A stretch of DNA of 64,000 bases from an uncultured Candidatus Saccharibacteria bacterium. GTDB lineage: Bacteria; Patescibacteriota; Minisyncoccia; Phycocordibacterales; CSBR16-119. Below, in pieces: positions 1-8,170 of this stretch. Each line of letters starts with the position of its first letter. Position 1 is the stretch's first letter. The position numbers and the translations under genes were made by a program. The notes under the pieces were generated by a model. That model did no database searches, had not been told where the DNA came from, and was given only the letters and a program-made list of their open reading frames with translations. The stretch lies in the NCBI GenBank assembly GCA_964426385.1, contig CAYRQF010000002.1, forward strand, positions 7,037 to 71,036, given 5' to 3'.

Positions 1-2
1 AA

Positions 3-467
3 TTCATTGCTTACGGGGATAATGTTTACAATATTACTGATCCTGAAAAATTGATGGAGGAGGTAAAGAAGATCGACCCAGAAAATCTATTTGGAAAAAA
101 CAAAGACGAGGTTGCTGTGGATAAAATGATAGAAAAGATTAAAAAGCCGGTTAATGAAGAGGAGATTGCAGAAGAGGCTGATGAAGTAGACGAGGAGGGC
201 GAAGCTCTGGGTGAAGAGTCTGCGCCAGAAGAGGTGGTTGAGACCGAGACTCCAGTAGAGCCAACACCAGAGCCCGAAGAAGTTCCGCCTGTTGCCGAGG
301 AGCCTGTACCTGAAGTTGTTCCCGAGGAAGAAATAGTTCCTCCAGTCGTAGGGCCTGAGGTTACCCCTGAGCCTATTCCCGAAATTGTCCCAGAGCCTGA
401 AGTTGTTCCCATAACAGAAGAACCAATTAGTGTTTTAACCCGTAAGCGTAAGAGAAAAGTCGCATAA
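3..467 (+). CDS. Pro/Glu-rich low-complexity protein, 5'-partial
   Basis: The frame of ORF 51..467 is open back to the window edge (FIAYGDNVYNITDPEKLMEE...). It has PEPE/VVPE repeats and a basic C-terminus (RKRKRKVA). Confidence 0.7.
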   Translation, partial: FIAYGDNVYNITDPEKLMEEVKKIDPENLFGKNKDEVAVDKMIEKIKKPVNEEEIAEEADEVDEEGEALGEESAPEEVVETETPVEPTPEPEEVPPVAEEPVPEVVPEEEIVPPVVGPEVTPEPIPEIVPEPEVVPITEEPISVLTRKRKRKVA

Positions 468-470
468 TTT

Positions 471-647
471 ATGGCAATAGATGATATCGTGGCGCAAACT
501 GGAGATAGGCAGGACTTTGTCCTCGAGATACCAGCTGGAAACGCTGCTTACTTACCAAACGATATTCTCATCGAGGATGACGGGGCATTACTCATGTCAG
601 AAGTGCCAGAGGCGGCTGGCGGAAACATTTTTATAATGTCAGAATAG
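471..647 (+). CDS. small acidic hypothetical protein (58 aa, not in ORF track)
   Basis: ATG 471 to TAG 647: MAIDDIVAQTGDRQDFVLEIPAGNAAYLPNDILIEDDGALLMSEVPEAAGGNIFIMSE. It fills the gap between its neighbours with 3-4 nt spacing. Confidence 0.65.
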   Translation: MAIDDIVAQTGDRQDFVLEIPAGNAAYLPNDILIEDDGALLMSEVPEAAGGNIFIMSE

Positions 648-651
648 TGCC

Positions 652-1371
652 GTGGAGGGCATCCAGAAGTATTTTGTTCAATATGGAGGGTATTTAGACG
701 AGATCAGGCGTCGTGTTTTGATCTTGGTTAAAATATTCGCTAGCGTTTTCGTGTTAGGTTTCATTGCCACGAGTCCACTCATAAAGCTTTTTATGGAGCA
801 TATGGCGATTAAGAATGTTTTAATCGTTTCGACTGCTCCATTTCAGCTAGTAAACCTCGCGATGAGTAGTGGGTTTTTCTTGGCTAGTGTTATAACTACA
901 CCATTTTTTGTTTATCACCTTTACGCATTCTTGAGTCCAGGACTTCTACCAAAAGAGAGAAAGCTGTTCATATCTCTTATACCTTTGTCCCTGGTCCTGT
1001 TCTTTGTTGGATTTTCGTATGGTTTTGCCACTATGTACTATGCAACCCAGTCTATCGCTCAGTTGAACGTCAGTTTGGGGGTGGTTAACTACTGGGATAT
1101 AAGCAAGTTTGTGTCTGAAATAGTTCTTACCTCCTCACTCCTCGGTATAATCTTTGAGTTTCCGATAGTTATCACCTTTTTGATCAAAGTTGGCGTAACA
1201 GGGGTAGAATTCCTACGCTCAAAGCGTCGGCATGCCGTAGTGGCGATATTCATACTTGTTTCTTTACTTCCCCCTACGGATGGTTTATCATTGTTGTTAA
1301 TGGCTTTGCCAATGGTGGTTATTTATGAGCTAACTATTTTGGTTAATTCCAAAATTAAAAAACCTGCATAA
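652..1371 (+). CDS. tatC: twin-arginine translocase subunit TatC
   Basis: YLDEIRRR N-terminal motif, FLSPGLLPKER loop, FEFP, PPTDGLSLLLMALPMVVIYEL, and about 6 TM helices. Confidence 0.93.
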   Translation: MEGIQKYFVQYGGYLDEIRRRVLILVKIFASVFVLGFIATSPLIKLFMEHMAIKNVLIVSTAPFQLVNLAMSSGFFLASVITTPFFVYHLYAFLSPGLLPKERKLFISLIPLSLVLFFVGFSYGFATMYYATQSIAQLNVSLGVVNYWDISKFVSEIVLTSSLLGIIFEFPIVITFLIKVGVTGVEFLRSKRRHAVVAIFILVSLLPPTDGLSLLLMALPMVVIYELTILVNSKIKKPA

Positions 1372-1397
1372 TTTAATTATTAAGTAGTAAAAAATAT

Positions 1398-1553
1398 ATG
1401 TTTGGATTAGGTACGAAGGAGATAATAATTATTGCGATAATCCTTATACTCCTATTTGGCGCAAAGAAGATTCCAGAATTGGCAAAGAGTCTGGTGGACG
1501 CTGTTAAGCATCTAACTGGATCGTTCAAGGAAGGGGACTCAAAAAAGAAATAA
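1398..1553 (+). CDS. tatA: twin-arginine translocase subunit TatA (51 aa, not in ORF track)
   Basis: MFGLGTKEIIIIAIILILLFGAKKIPELAKSLVDAVKHLTGSFKEGDSKKK: TM helix, FG hinge and amphipathic helix. Confidence 0.93.
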   Translation: MFGLGTKEIIIIAIILILLFGAKKIPELAKSLVDAVKHLTGSFKEGDSKKK

Positions 1554-1567
1554 CGGAACTACTGTAG

Positions 1568-1611
1568 AAATAAAACGTTTTTCACACTTTCTTGTGAAAA
1601 ACGTTTTATTT
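1568..1611. terminator. intrinsic terminator after tatA
   Basis: 19-bp perfect inverted repeat aaataaaacgtttttcaca / tgtgaaaaacgttttattt with a 6-nt loop. Confidence 0.7.
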
Positions 1612-1641
1612 ATAGGGGCAAATTAGATATAATACTACGTA

Positions 1642-4464
1642 ATGAATTGTTTATCGCAAGGGAAAAGAAGCGTTGTTTTTTTGCTGTTTTTTGCTTTTTT
1701 AATAACACCAGTTTTACTGCTTGCTGACGTCGTTATTTATGCTCCAGGAGAGACTGTAAAAATAGGGGAATTTGTATACAACGACGATTTTACTCCGACA
1801 ACTGATGATTGTACGGTAACAATATATAGTCCAGCAGGGGCGACACTTGTGAACGGTGCAACTATGACTGACGATGCCACAGGGTGGCATTACTATGATT
1901 ACACTGCACCAGCAACTAACGGGAAGTATGCTGCATTTATGTCTTGTGGAACACTTATCGCTGGTGACCTGGTCAAAGCCGACAAGACCTTCATTGTTCT
2001 CGATCCAGAAGTAACAGATGCTTCGATAGCAACCAGTGTTTGGGGAAGCGGGTCTAGGACTTTGACAGCCTTTGGGTCTCTTGCTGCAGACGTTTGGAAT
2101 GGAGCGTATGCATCTGTTAGAAGACTCACGGATAGTACTTTAACTAGCGGCGGCGCTCTTGCAACTGAGAGTTACGTAGATGCACTAGAGACAACTGTTG
2201 TTACTGAGGTTCAGGCTAACGGCACACTTATTAGCGCACTTAATGATATCTCAGCTGCTGATGTCTGGGCTCATGGCACCAGATCGATTAACTCCGGAAC
2301 CGTTAGTATAGACAGTGGTTCGGTTGATGCTGTCTGGGATTCTGCCTCGTCAGGCCTCACTGCTGTAGGAAGTATTGGTGAACTTATAGTAGACAATCTC
2401 GATGTTGCCGTATCTACTCGTGGAACGAGCACTCTCACCGCAGGAGATGTTTGGGCTAGTGCAACTCGCACACTTTCTACGACGGGAGTAGATGCAGTAA
2501 CTGCCGGTGTCTGGGCTAACGGCACTAGAACCCTAACAAACTACGGTAACAATATAACGGCAGCTGACGTTTGGAATGTGTTGTCCTCATCTCTCGTGAC
2601 AGCTGGATCTATCGGCGAACAATTGGCTACGAACGTAGACGTCGCCTCATCAGATATCTTGACCGAGATTATGGATACACAGGCTCTGATAAACGCTCTT
2701 AATGATATCTCTGCTGCAGACGTCTGGGCGGCTGGAACACGAACACTTACAGGAAATGTAGATATTTCGACTGCATCTGTGGACGCGATCTGGGATACTG
2801 CTACATCGGGATTGGCTGCGAGTGGTAGCGTAGGAAAACTAATAGTAGATAACCTGGATGCTCAAGTTTCAACTGTTGGAGGCGGAACTTTGACTGCAGC
2901 CGATGTCTGGTCTCATGCAACAAGAACGTTGTCGACGGCAGGTGTAGACAGTATAGCGACTGACGTTTGGGCAGAGGCAACAAGGACTCTTACCGACTAC
3001 GGAAATGATATAACCGCCGCGGAGGTTTGGGATACACTGTCTTCGTCACTTACAACCATCGGCAGTATCGGCGAACAATTGGCTACGAACGTAGACGTCG
3101 CCTCATCAGATATCTTGACCGAGATTATGGATACACAGGCTCTGATAAACGCTCTTAATGATATCTCTGCTGCAGACGTCTGGGCGGCTGGAACACGAAC
3201 ACTTACAGGAAATGTAGATATTTCGACTGCATCTGTGGATGCTATCTGGGATACTGCTACATCGGGACTCACGGCAATCGGCAGTATCGGCGAGCTCATG
3301 GTTGAAAATCTGGACGCCGCAGTATCGACTCGCGGTACTAGTAACTTGACCGCATCTGACGTCTGGGCAGCGGGAACACGAACCCTGACAGACTACTCTA
3401 CCTCTGCAGTTGCGACAGCTGTTTGGGCAAACGGGACGCGCACTCTTTCTAACTACGGCAATGACATAACGGCAGCTGACGTTTGGAATGTGTTGTCCTC
3501 GTCTCTCGTGACGGCTGGATCTATCGGCGAACAATTGGCGACGAACGTAGATGGTCAGATTTCTGCGATAGGTGGGGCTGCCAACTGGAATGTGCGAATG
3601 GGAAATGTGGAGCGAGTCCAGACTGGCTATACGTACAGAACAAAAGTTTTCATACTTGATGCCTCAGCTGAACCAACAGCACCGTTCTCTGTGCCTACGG
3701 TAACTTTGTATGACCCTGATAGGAACATAGTTGTTTCTAATGTGCCTATGAGTTTGGTCACAACCGGTGTGTATGAATATACATATACTGTCGCGAATAA
3801 CGCGGCTCAGGGTCTATGGGAGGCCATAGCTTCTACTGAGGTTGAGAGTGGTAAAACAATACAAACAAACGACTATTTCGAAGTTGCCGGTTCTCCTGCG
3901 CAGGTATTGATTAACTCCGTTAGTTCAGCAAGCATCTCTTCTATTAGTGCCAACGTCACTATTACTAACGAGGGACTTACTGGATATGAATATCAGTACG
4001 AGTGGTGTGTTGTTTCAGATGTGAACAATGAGTGCGGTGGCGGAGATGACGAGTATCACGCTACAGCAGCAAAATTCATTAACCCTAGCGAAGACTGGAA
4101 TACATCATTATCGGCATCTGTTGCAAGTGCGGGAACATACTATTTCAAGTTGGTCGTTTATTTCGGCACAGAGAGTTCTGGCTCATCTAGAATATTCACA
4201 GTAACAGCTCCATCTTCTGGAGGTGGCGGTGGTGGGGGAGGAAGTACTCCTACTGATACCAGTGTTACCCCCATAGCTCCAGCAGGCGCCTGTAGCGGGG
4301 CCGACTTCAACAAAGACAGATTTGTGGATTCTATAGATTTCTCTATTCTCCTGTACTTCTGGAAGGCGTTATCACCATTTAGTAATCCTTGTGTGGATGT
4401 AAATGTCGACCAGAAAGTTGATTCGGTAGATTTCTCAATAATGCTTTATCAGTGGACCAAATAG
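1642..4464 (+). CDS. secreted repeat protein with C-terminal dockerin
   Basis: Signal peptide. Two homologous Ig/BppU-like domains (TVTIYSPAG..TGWHYYDYT and TVTLYDPDR..TGVYEYTYT) flank about 500 aa of A(A/S)DVWxxxTRTLT / GSIGE repeats. A Gly8 linker precedes the duplicated Ca-binding dockerin motif (DFNKDRFVDSIDFSIL, DVNVDQKVDSVDFSIM). Confidence 0.85.
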   Translation: MNCLSQGKRSVVFLLFFAFLITPVLLLADVVIYAPGETVKIGEFVYNDDFTPTTDDCTVTIYSPAGATLVNGATMTDDATGWHYYDYTAPATNGKYAAFMSCGTLIAGDLVKADKTFIVLDPEVTDASIATSVWGSGSRTLTAFGSLAADVWNGAYASVRRLTDSTLTSGGALATESYVDALETTVVTEVQANGTLISALNDISAADVWAHGTRSINSGTVSIDSGSVDAVWDSASSGLTAVGSIGELIVDNLDVAVSTRGTSTLTAGDVWASATRTLSTTGVDAVTAGVWANGTRTLTNYGNNITAADVWNVLSSSLVTAGSIGEQLATNVDVASSDILTEIMDTQALINALNDISAADVWAAGTRTLTGNVDISTASVDAIWDTATSGLAASGSVGKLIVDNLDAQVSTVGGGTLTAADVWSHATRTLSTAGVDSIATDVWAEATRTLTDYGNDITAAEVWDTLSSSLTTIGSIGEQLATNVDVASSDILTEIMDTQALINALNDISAADVWAAGTRTLTGNVDISTASVDAIWDTATSGLTAIGSIGELMVENLDAAVSTRGTSNLTASDVWAAGTRTLTDYSTSAVATAVWANGTRTLSNYGNDITAADVWNVLSSSLVTAGSIGEQLATNVDGQISAIGGAANWNVRMGNVERVQTGYTYRTKVFILDASAEPTAPFSVPTVTLYDPDRNIVVSNVPMSLVTTGVYEYTYTVANNAAQGLWEAIASTEVESGKTIQTNDYFEVAGSPAQVLINSVSSASISSISANVTITNEGLTGYEYQYEWCVVSDVNNECGGGDDEYHATAAKFINPSEDWNTSLSASVASAGTYYFKLVVYFGTESSGSSRIFTVTAPSSGGGGGGGGSTPTDTSVTPIAPAGACSGADFNKDRFVDSIDFSILLYFWKALSPFSNPCVDVNVDQKVDSVDFSIMLYQWTK
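2554..3551 (+). repeat. intragenic direct repeats with 456-bp (152-codon) period
   Basis: 2610-2783 is identical to 3066-3239 (offset 456). 2554-2639 is near-identical to 3466-3551 (offset 912). Confidence 0.9.
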
Positions 4465-4467
4465 CTT

Positions 4468-5376
4468 ATGAAAATATTCAGTAGTAAAAATATCGTGTCG
4501 GTCATTTTCTCTCTAACGCTTGCTAGTGCGTCCGCGTTTTCGCTAACTGCACAAGCTGCAACTATAAGTAACAATCCACTGTCCGATGTGGGCGCTAAAG
4601 ACGTTTTTGTTATAGATATTTTGTTAGACACCGAAGGTGAAAGTATCAACACAGTTGACGGAACTATCAAATTATCGAGCCCGTTGGCTGTTACAGAGGT
4701 GCGCGATATAAGTGTCGCAGGATCGGCGGTTAGCCTCTGGCCAAGGAAGCCTTCTCTTTCTGAAAAGGGTGACGTTATATCTTTTGCCGGAGGTATACCT
4801 GGTGGTGTTGTTGGTAAAGCCATTCCACTTTTTAAAGTCATAGTTTCTGTAAATAGAGAAAGTGAACTAAAAATTCAAGCAAGTGATATCAAGGCTTATG
4901 TTAACGATGGAAAGGGTACAGCCCTTGATGTTGTGGCTAAGTTCTCGCCGGTAAGTATTGGAATTGCAAAAGCGGTACCTGTAGATTCTTGGAAAGAAAA
5001 TATATCGAGTGACAATACTCCTCCAGAACCTTTTGAGATAAAGCTTCTCCAGGATAAAAGTATCTACTCTAATAATTTATATATATCATACGGCACCATC
5101 GATAAAGATTCGGGTGTAAGTCATTACGAAGTAAAGGAAGGGCGACGAGAGCCGGTTCGTGCAGGGGAGACCTATGTACTTATAGATCAGAGTGTCAAAA
5201 CAAACATTACTGTTACAGCGTATGACAAAGCCGGAAATGCTCGTACGGTAGCCTTCTCTCCGGAGAGTAAGAAAATAAACTGGCTATCAATTCTGGTTAC
5301 GGTTCTAGTTGTTGTGGTTGGAGTGAAGATCGTAAGAATTTGGATAAAAAATAGACGTCATGGAAAAGATGTGTAA
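4468..5376 (+). CDS. cohesin-domain membrane-anchored surface protein
   Basis: Signal peptide; cohesin-like segment (FVIDILLDTEGESINTVDGTIKL..SLWPRKPS..ISFAGGIPGG); DNTPPEPF..AYDKAGN Ig-like domain; C-terminal TM helix with a basic tail. Confidence 0.75.
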   Translation: MKIFSSKNIVSVIFSLTLASASAFSLTAQAATISNNPLSDVGAKDVFVIDILLDTEGESINTVDGTIKLSSPLAVTEVRDISVAGSAVSLWPRKPSLSEKGDVISFAGGIPGGVVGKAIPLFKVIVSVNRESELKIQASDIKAYVNDGKGTALDVVAKFSPVSIGIAKAVPVDSWKENISSDNTPPEPFEIKLLQDKSIYSNNLYISYGTIDKDSGVSHYEVKEGRREPVRAGETYVLIDQSVKTNITVTAYDKAGNARTVAFSPESKKINWLSILVTVLVVVVGVKIVRIWIKNRRHGKDV

Positions 5377-6616
5377 TCACAAAACCAGAGGCAGATATTT
5401 CATTACTGTATTTGCAGTTATATTTTTCGTAATTTCTTTTTCTAGCGCTTACGCGGCTGAGCTTTTCGTTAATCCTTTTGACGCGACGGTGACAGAAGGG
5501 GATGTGATTAGATTGCGTGTCGGTGTAAATACTCAAGGAGTATCAGTTAACAATGGTGAATCCACCGTATCTTTTCCTGCAGACCTTATGCAAGTCGTAA
5601 GTATCGACACTAGTAGTTCTATCTTCGATTTGTGGGTAAGTAAGCCAACTTTTTCAAACGCAAATGGAACCATAAGCTTTAATGGTGGTGTTGCGAATCC
5701 GGGATTTACAGGTTCTAACGGAACATTATTCTGGATAAATGGAAGGGCAAAGAAGGCGGGCGTTGCAAACATTTCGTTGCAGTCATCATTCGTTCGTGCC
5801 AATGACGGCTTGGGAACTAACGTCTTGTCATCTACTCGAAACACTTCAGTTACTATAGCTAAAGCTGTTGAGAAACCAGCAGAGACAGAGCCTACAGAGG
5901 ATCTAGTTAGAGATGTGATGAGTCCAGATACTTTGTTTATCGCTGTTATGAAAAACGATCAGGGGCAGTTGGTCGCCATGCTTGATGCTCACGATAATGA
6001 AGGCGTAGATCACTTTACTATCACTATTGGCGATAGAGAGCCTGTAAAATTGGTCGCGGTCAATGATGCTACGACATACATTATCCCGAAAGATCTAAAA
6101 GACGGAGTATATATTCTGACAGCCGCAGCTTATGACAAGGCTGGTAATTCCAAGAAGCAGACGGTCAATATAAATATTGATAGCAATATGCCAGAGATAA
6201 CCTACTTCTCTAAAGAGGTGGTGGTTGGCCACGAAGCTCATGTTGCCGGGGCTACAGCAATGCCAAATACAGAAGTCTTGCTCGCCGTAGTGTACCCGAG
6301 TAGGAGGCTAGAAACTTACTTACTCGAGACAGACGAGAGTGGAAAGTTTGATTTCGACACAGAGCCACTACAACAAATCGGAGAGTATACCCTATGGATC
6401 CAGAAGACTGAGGTTGATGGGGTAGAACCTATAACTTCCGAGAGAATAACGATAAATGTAAGCCCAACCTGGGTTCATGCTCAGGTCGAGATGCTAAAGC
6501 CATATGCCCCGATACTCGTAGGGTCAATATTGGGTATCGCTCTTATCGTGCTACTAATGAGGAGTGGTGGCTATAGAGTGATTCGGGTGCCAAGGAGAAA
6601 TAGGGATGATTTCTAG
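5360..6616 (+). CDS. cohesin-domain membrane-anchored surface protein
   Basis: Signal peptide; cohesin-like segment (GDVIRLRVGVNTQGVSVNNGESTVSFPADLMQVVSID..WVSKPTFSNANGTISFNGGVANPGF); Ig-like AYDKAGN domain; C-terminal TM helix. Overlaps the previous gene by 17 nt. Confidence 0.78.
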   Translation: MEKMCNHKTRGRYFITVFAVIFFVISFSSAYAAELFVNPFDATVTEGDVIRLRVGVNTQGVSVNNGESTVSFPADLMQVVSIDTSSSIFDLWVSKPTFSNANGTISFNGGVANPGFTGSNGTLFWINGRAKKAGVANISLQSSFVRANDGLGTNVLSSTRNTSVTIAKAVEKPAETEPTEDLVRDVMSPDTLFIAVMKNDQGQLVAMLDAHDNEGVDHFTITIGDREPVKLVAVNDATTYIIPKDLKDGVYILTAAAYDKAGNSKKQTVNINIDSNMPEITYFSKEVVVGHEAHVAGATAMPNTEVLLAVVYPSRRLETYLLETDESGKFDFDTEPLQQIGEYTLWIQKTEVDGVEPITSERITINVSPTWVHAQVEMLKPYAPILVGSILGIALIVLLMRSGGYRVIRVPRRNRDDF

Positions 6617-6692
6617 GGTAAAGTTGCATTTCCCCAAGGGAAATAGTGTATAATTAAGGGTATTGATTAATAGGTAATTTTTAAGCATATAT

Positions 6693-6986
6693 ATGCCAGC
6701 AAAAAAAGCAGCAGCAAAGAAAGCGGGAGGAGCAAAGAAAGCAAATTCTGCATTCATGAAGCCTTTAACTATCAGCGCTGATCTAGCCGCTATCGTCGGT
6801 AAGGGCCCTATGCCTCGCTCTGAGATAATCAGCAAGATGTGGGTATACATCAAGAAGAACGATCTACAGGACAAGAAGAATAAGAGAAACATCAACGGCG
6901 ACGCAGCTCTCACTAAAGTTTTCGGGGGCAAGAAGACAGTTACAATGTTTGAGATGGCGAAACACATCAGTAACCACGTCTCATAA
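6693..6986 (+). CDS. SWIB/MDM2 domain protein
   Basis: AFMKPLTISADLAAIVGKGPMPRSEIISKMWVYIKKNDLQDKKNKRNI..MFEMAKHISNH, with a Lys/Ala-rich N-terminal tail. Confidence 0.92.
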   Translation: MPAKKAAAKKAGGAKKANSAFMKPLTISADLAAIVGKGPMPRSEIISKMWVYIKKNDLQDKKNKRNINGDAALTKVFGGKKTVTMFEMAKHISNHVS

Positions 6987-7001
6987 TAGAATTCAACTAG
7001 C

Positions 7002-7035
7002 AAGAAACCTTCGCACTCGCGAGGGTTTTTTGTTT
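7002..7035 (+). terminator. intrinsic terminator
   Basis: aaaccttcgc-actc-gcgagggttt hairpin followed by a T tract. Confidence 0.75.
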
Positions 7036-7095
7036 GTAGGGGTGGTATACTGAAATAAACAGGGCATTAATAGTTAATATAAATAATAAAAAACT

Positions 7096-7401
7096 ATGGT
7101 ATCAAAATACTATGAGTACGCGACGTGGATACTCGGAATCATCGTCATCATCCTAGCGATACTACTCTTCCGTGCACAGAATGCGTCATTGGATGACAAC
7201 CTAGATATGGCTATCGAGAATCTTCGAGAATGTAATGCTGACTTGTCAGCATGGCGCGCAGAGAACCCTTCACCGTCTGCCTCTACAGCGGACCAGCAGA
7301 AGGAGCTATCAGAAATTCTCTCACGGTGTGCAGAAAGTACGGGGGTAGTCGATTCATCTGCGCCCGATATCGGTCCAGAGGCCGGATCTCTCAAACAATA
7401 A
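7096..7401 (+). CDS. hypothetical membrane-anchored protein
   Basis: N-terminal TM helix, two Cys; terminator downstream. Confidence 0.7.
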   Translation: MVSKYYEYATWILGIIVIILAILLFRAQNASLDDNLDMAIENLRECNADLSAWRAENPSPSASTADQQKELSEILSRCAESTGVVDSSAPDIGPEAGSLKQ

Positions 7402-7409
7402 TTCGACAT

Positions 7410-7455
7410 ATACAAAAATGGCGCGAAGTAGTAATACCTCGCGCTATTTTTGTAT
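7410..7455. terminator. bidirectional terminator
   Basis: atacaaaaatggcgcga / tcgcgctatttttgtat inverted repeat between convergent genes. Confidence 0.7.
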
Positions 7456-7456
7456 T

Positions 7457-8101
7457 CTAGTGAGCGATAGTGAACGCCAGTATCTTCTTGGCGCCCGCGA
7501 TTCGGAGGACGCGTCTCGCTTCTATGAGGGTAGCATGCGTAGTCGTGATATCGTCGATGATAACGACATTCTTGTCTCGAACACTTATGTCAGGCTCGAC
7601 ACTGAACATTCCCCGGAGATTTGTGAGTCGCTTTTGACGATTCCCTATAGAGTGCTGAGTTACCGTGTCGCTTACCTTTCGGAGCACATCTACGACCGGT
7701 AGTTTTCTGTTACTTTTTCTGGATAGTTCATCTGCTATAAGTCGTGATTGATTATATCCGCGCTTGCGTTTACTTTTGGCTGAGAGGGGTATGGGTACTA
7801 GGATGAAGGCCCCAAGGTTATCAAATATTGCGCGCTCTGTGAGCTCGCTCGATAGCTCGTCGTGAAGCCGGAGAGACAAATCCTCAATAACAGAGAATTT
7901 GTTTTCAAACTTGAATTTCCAAAGTAGGCGCTTGATTCGTGGGTCTTTATAATTCCACACAGAAATAATCCAATTGTGATCTGGCGCTTTGGCTAGCGAT
8001 ATTTTCTCGAGGCAGGTTGGGCATATCCAAAATCCTTCCCGTTTACATTCGATGCATCGAGAAGGGAAGAGGAAACTTACAAATTTCTTCAGAATTCTCA
8101 T
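7457..8101 (-). CDS. comF: ComF family competence protein (PRTase fold)
   Basis: LFPSRCIEC..ICPTC zinc ribbon, VPIPL..RGYNQS, and IIDDITTT PRPP-binding loop. Confidence 0.92.
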   Translation of the reverse strand: MRILKKFVSFLFPSRCIECKREGFWICPTCLEKISLAKAPDHNWIISVWNYKDPRIKRLLWKFKFENKFSVIEDLSLRLHDELSSELTERAIFDNLGAFILVPIPLSAKSKRKRGYNQSRLIADELSRKSNRKLPVVDVLRKVSDTVTQHSIGNRQKRLTNLRGMFSVEPDISVRDKNVVIIDDITTTHATLIEARRVLRIAGAKKILAFTIAH

Positions 8102-8170
8102 CTAATTATCAACAAAAAGCTCTATTTAAAGCCTTACTGTAGGTAACGACATGATATAATTCTACTACAT

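Noticed and set aside
26-412. Minus-strand Ser/Gly/Thr-rich ORF
   Set aside because: It is the antisense shadow of the Pro/Glu-rich plus-strand gene.
2554-3551. Direct repeats as a possible CRISPR array or DGR template/variable repeat
   Set aside because: The repeats are in-frame coding duplications with no unique spacers, the differences are not adenine-specific, and there is no cas gene or reverse transcriptase.
1642-4464. Prophage, suggested by the phage-like repeat and BppU-like domains
   Set aside because: The protein has a signal peptide and a dockerin, and no terminase, capsid or integrase genes are nearby.
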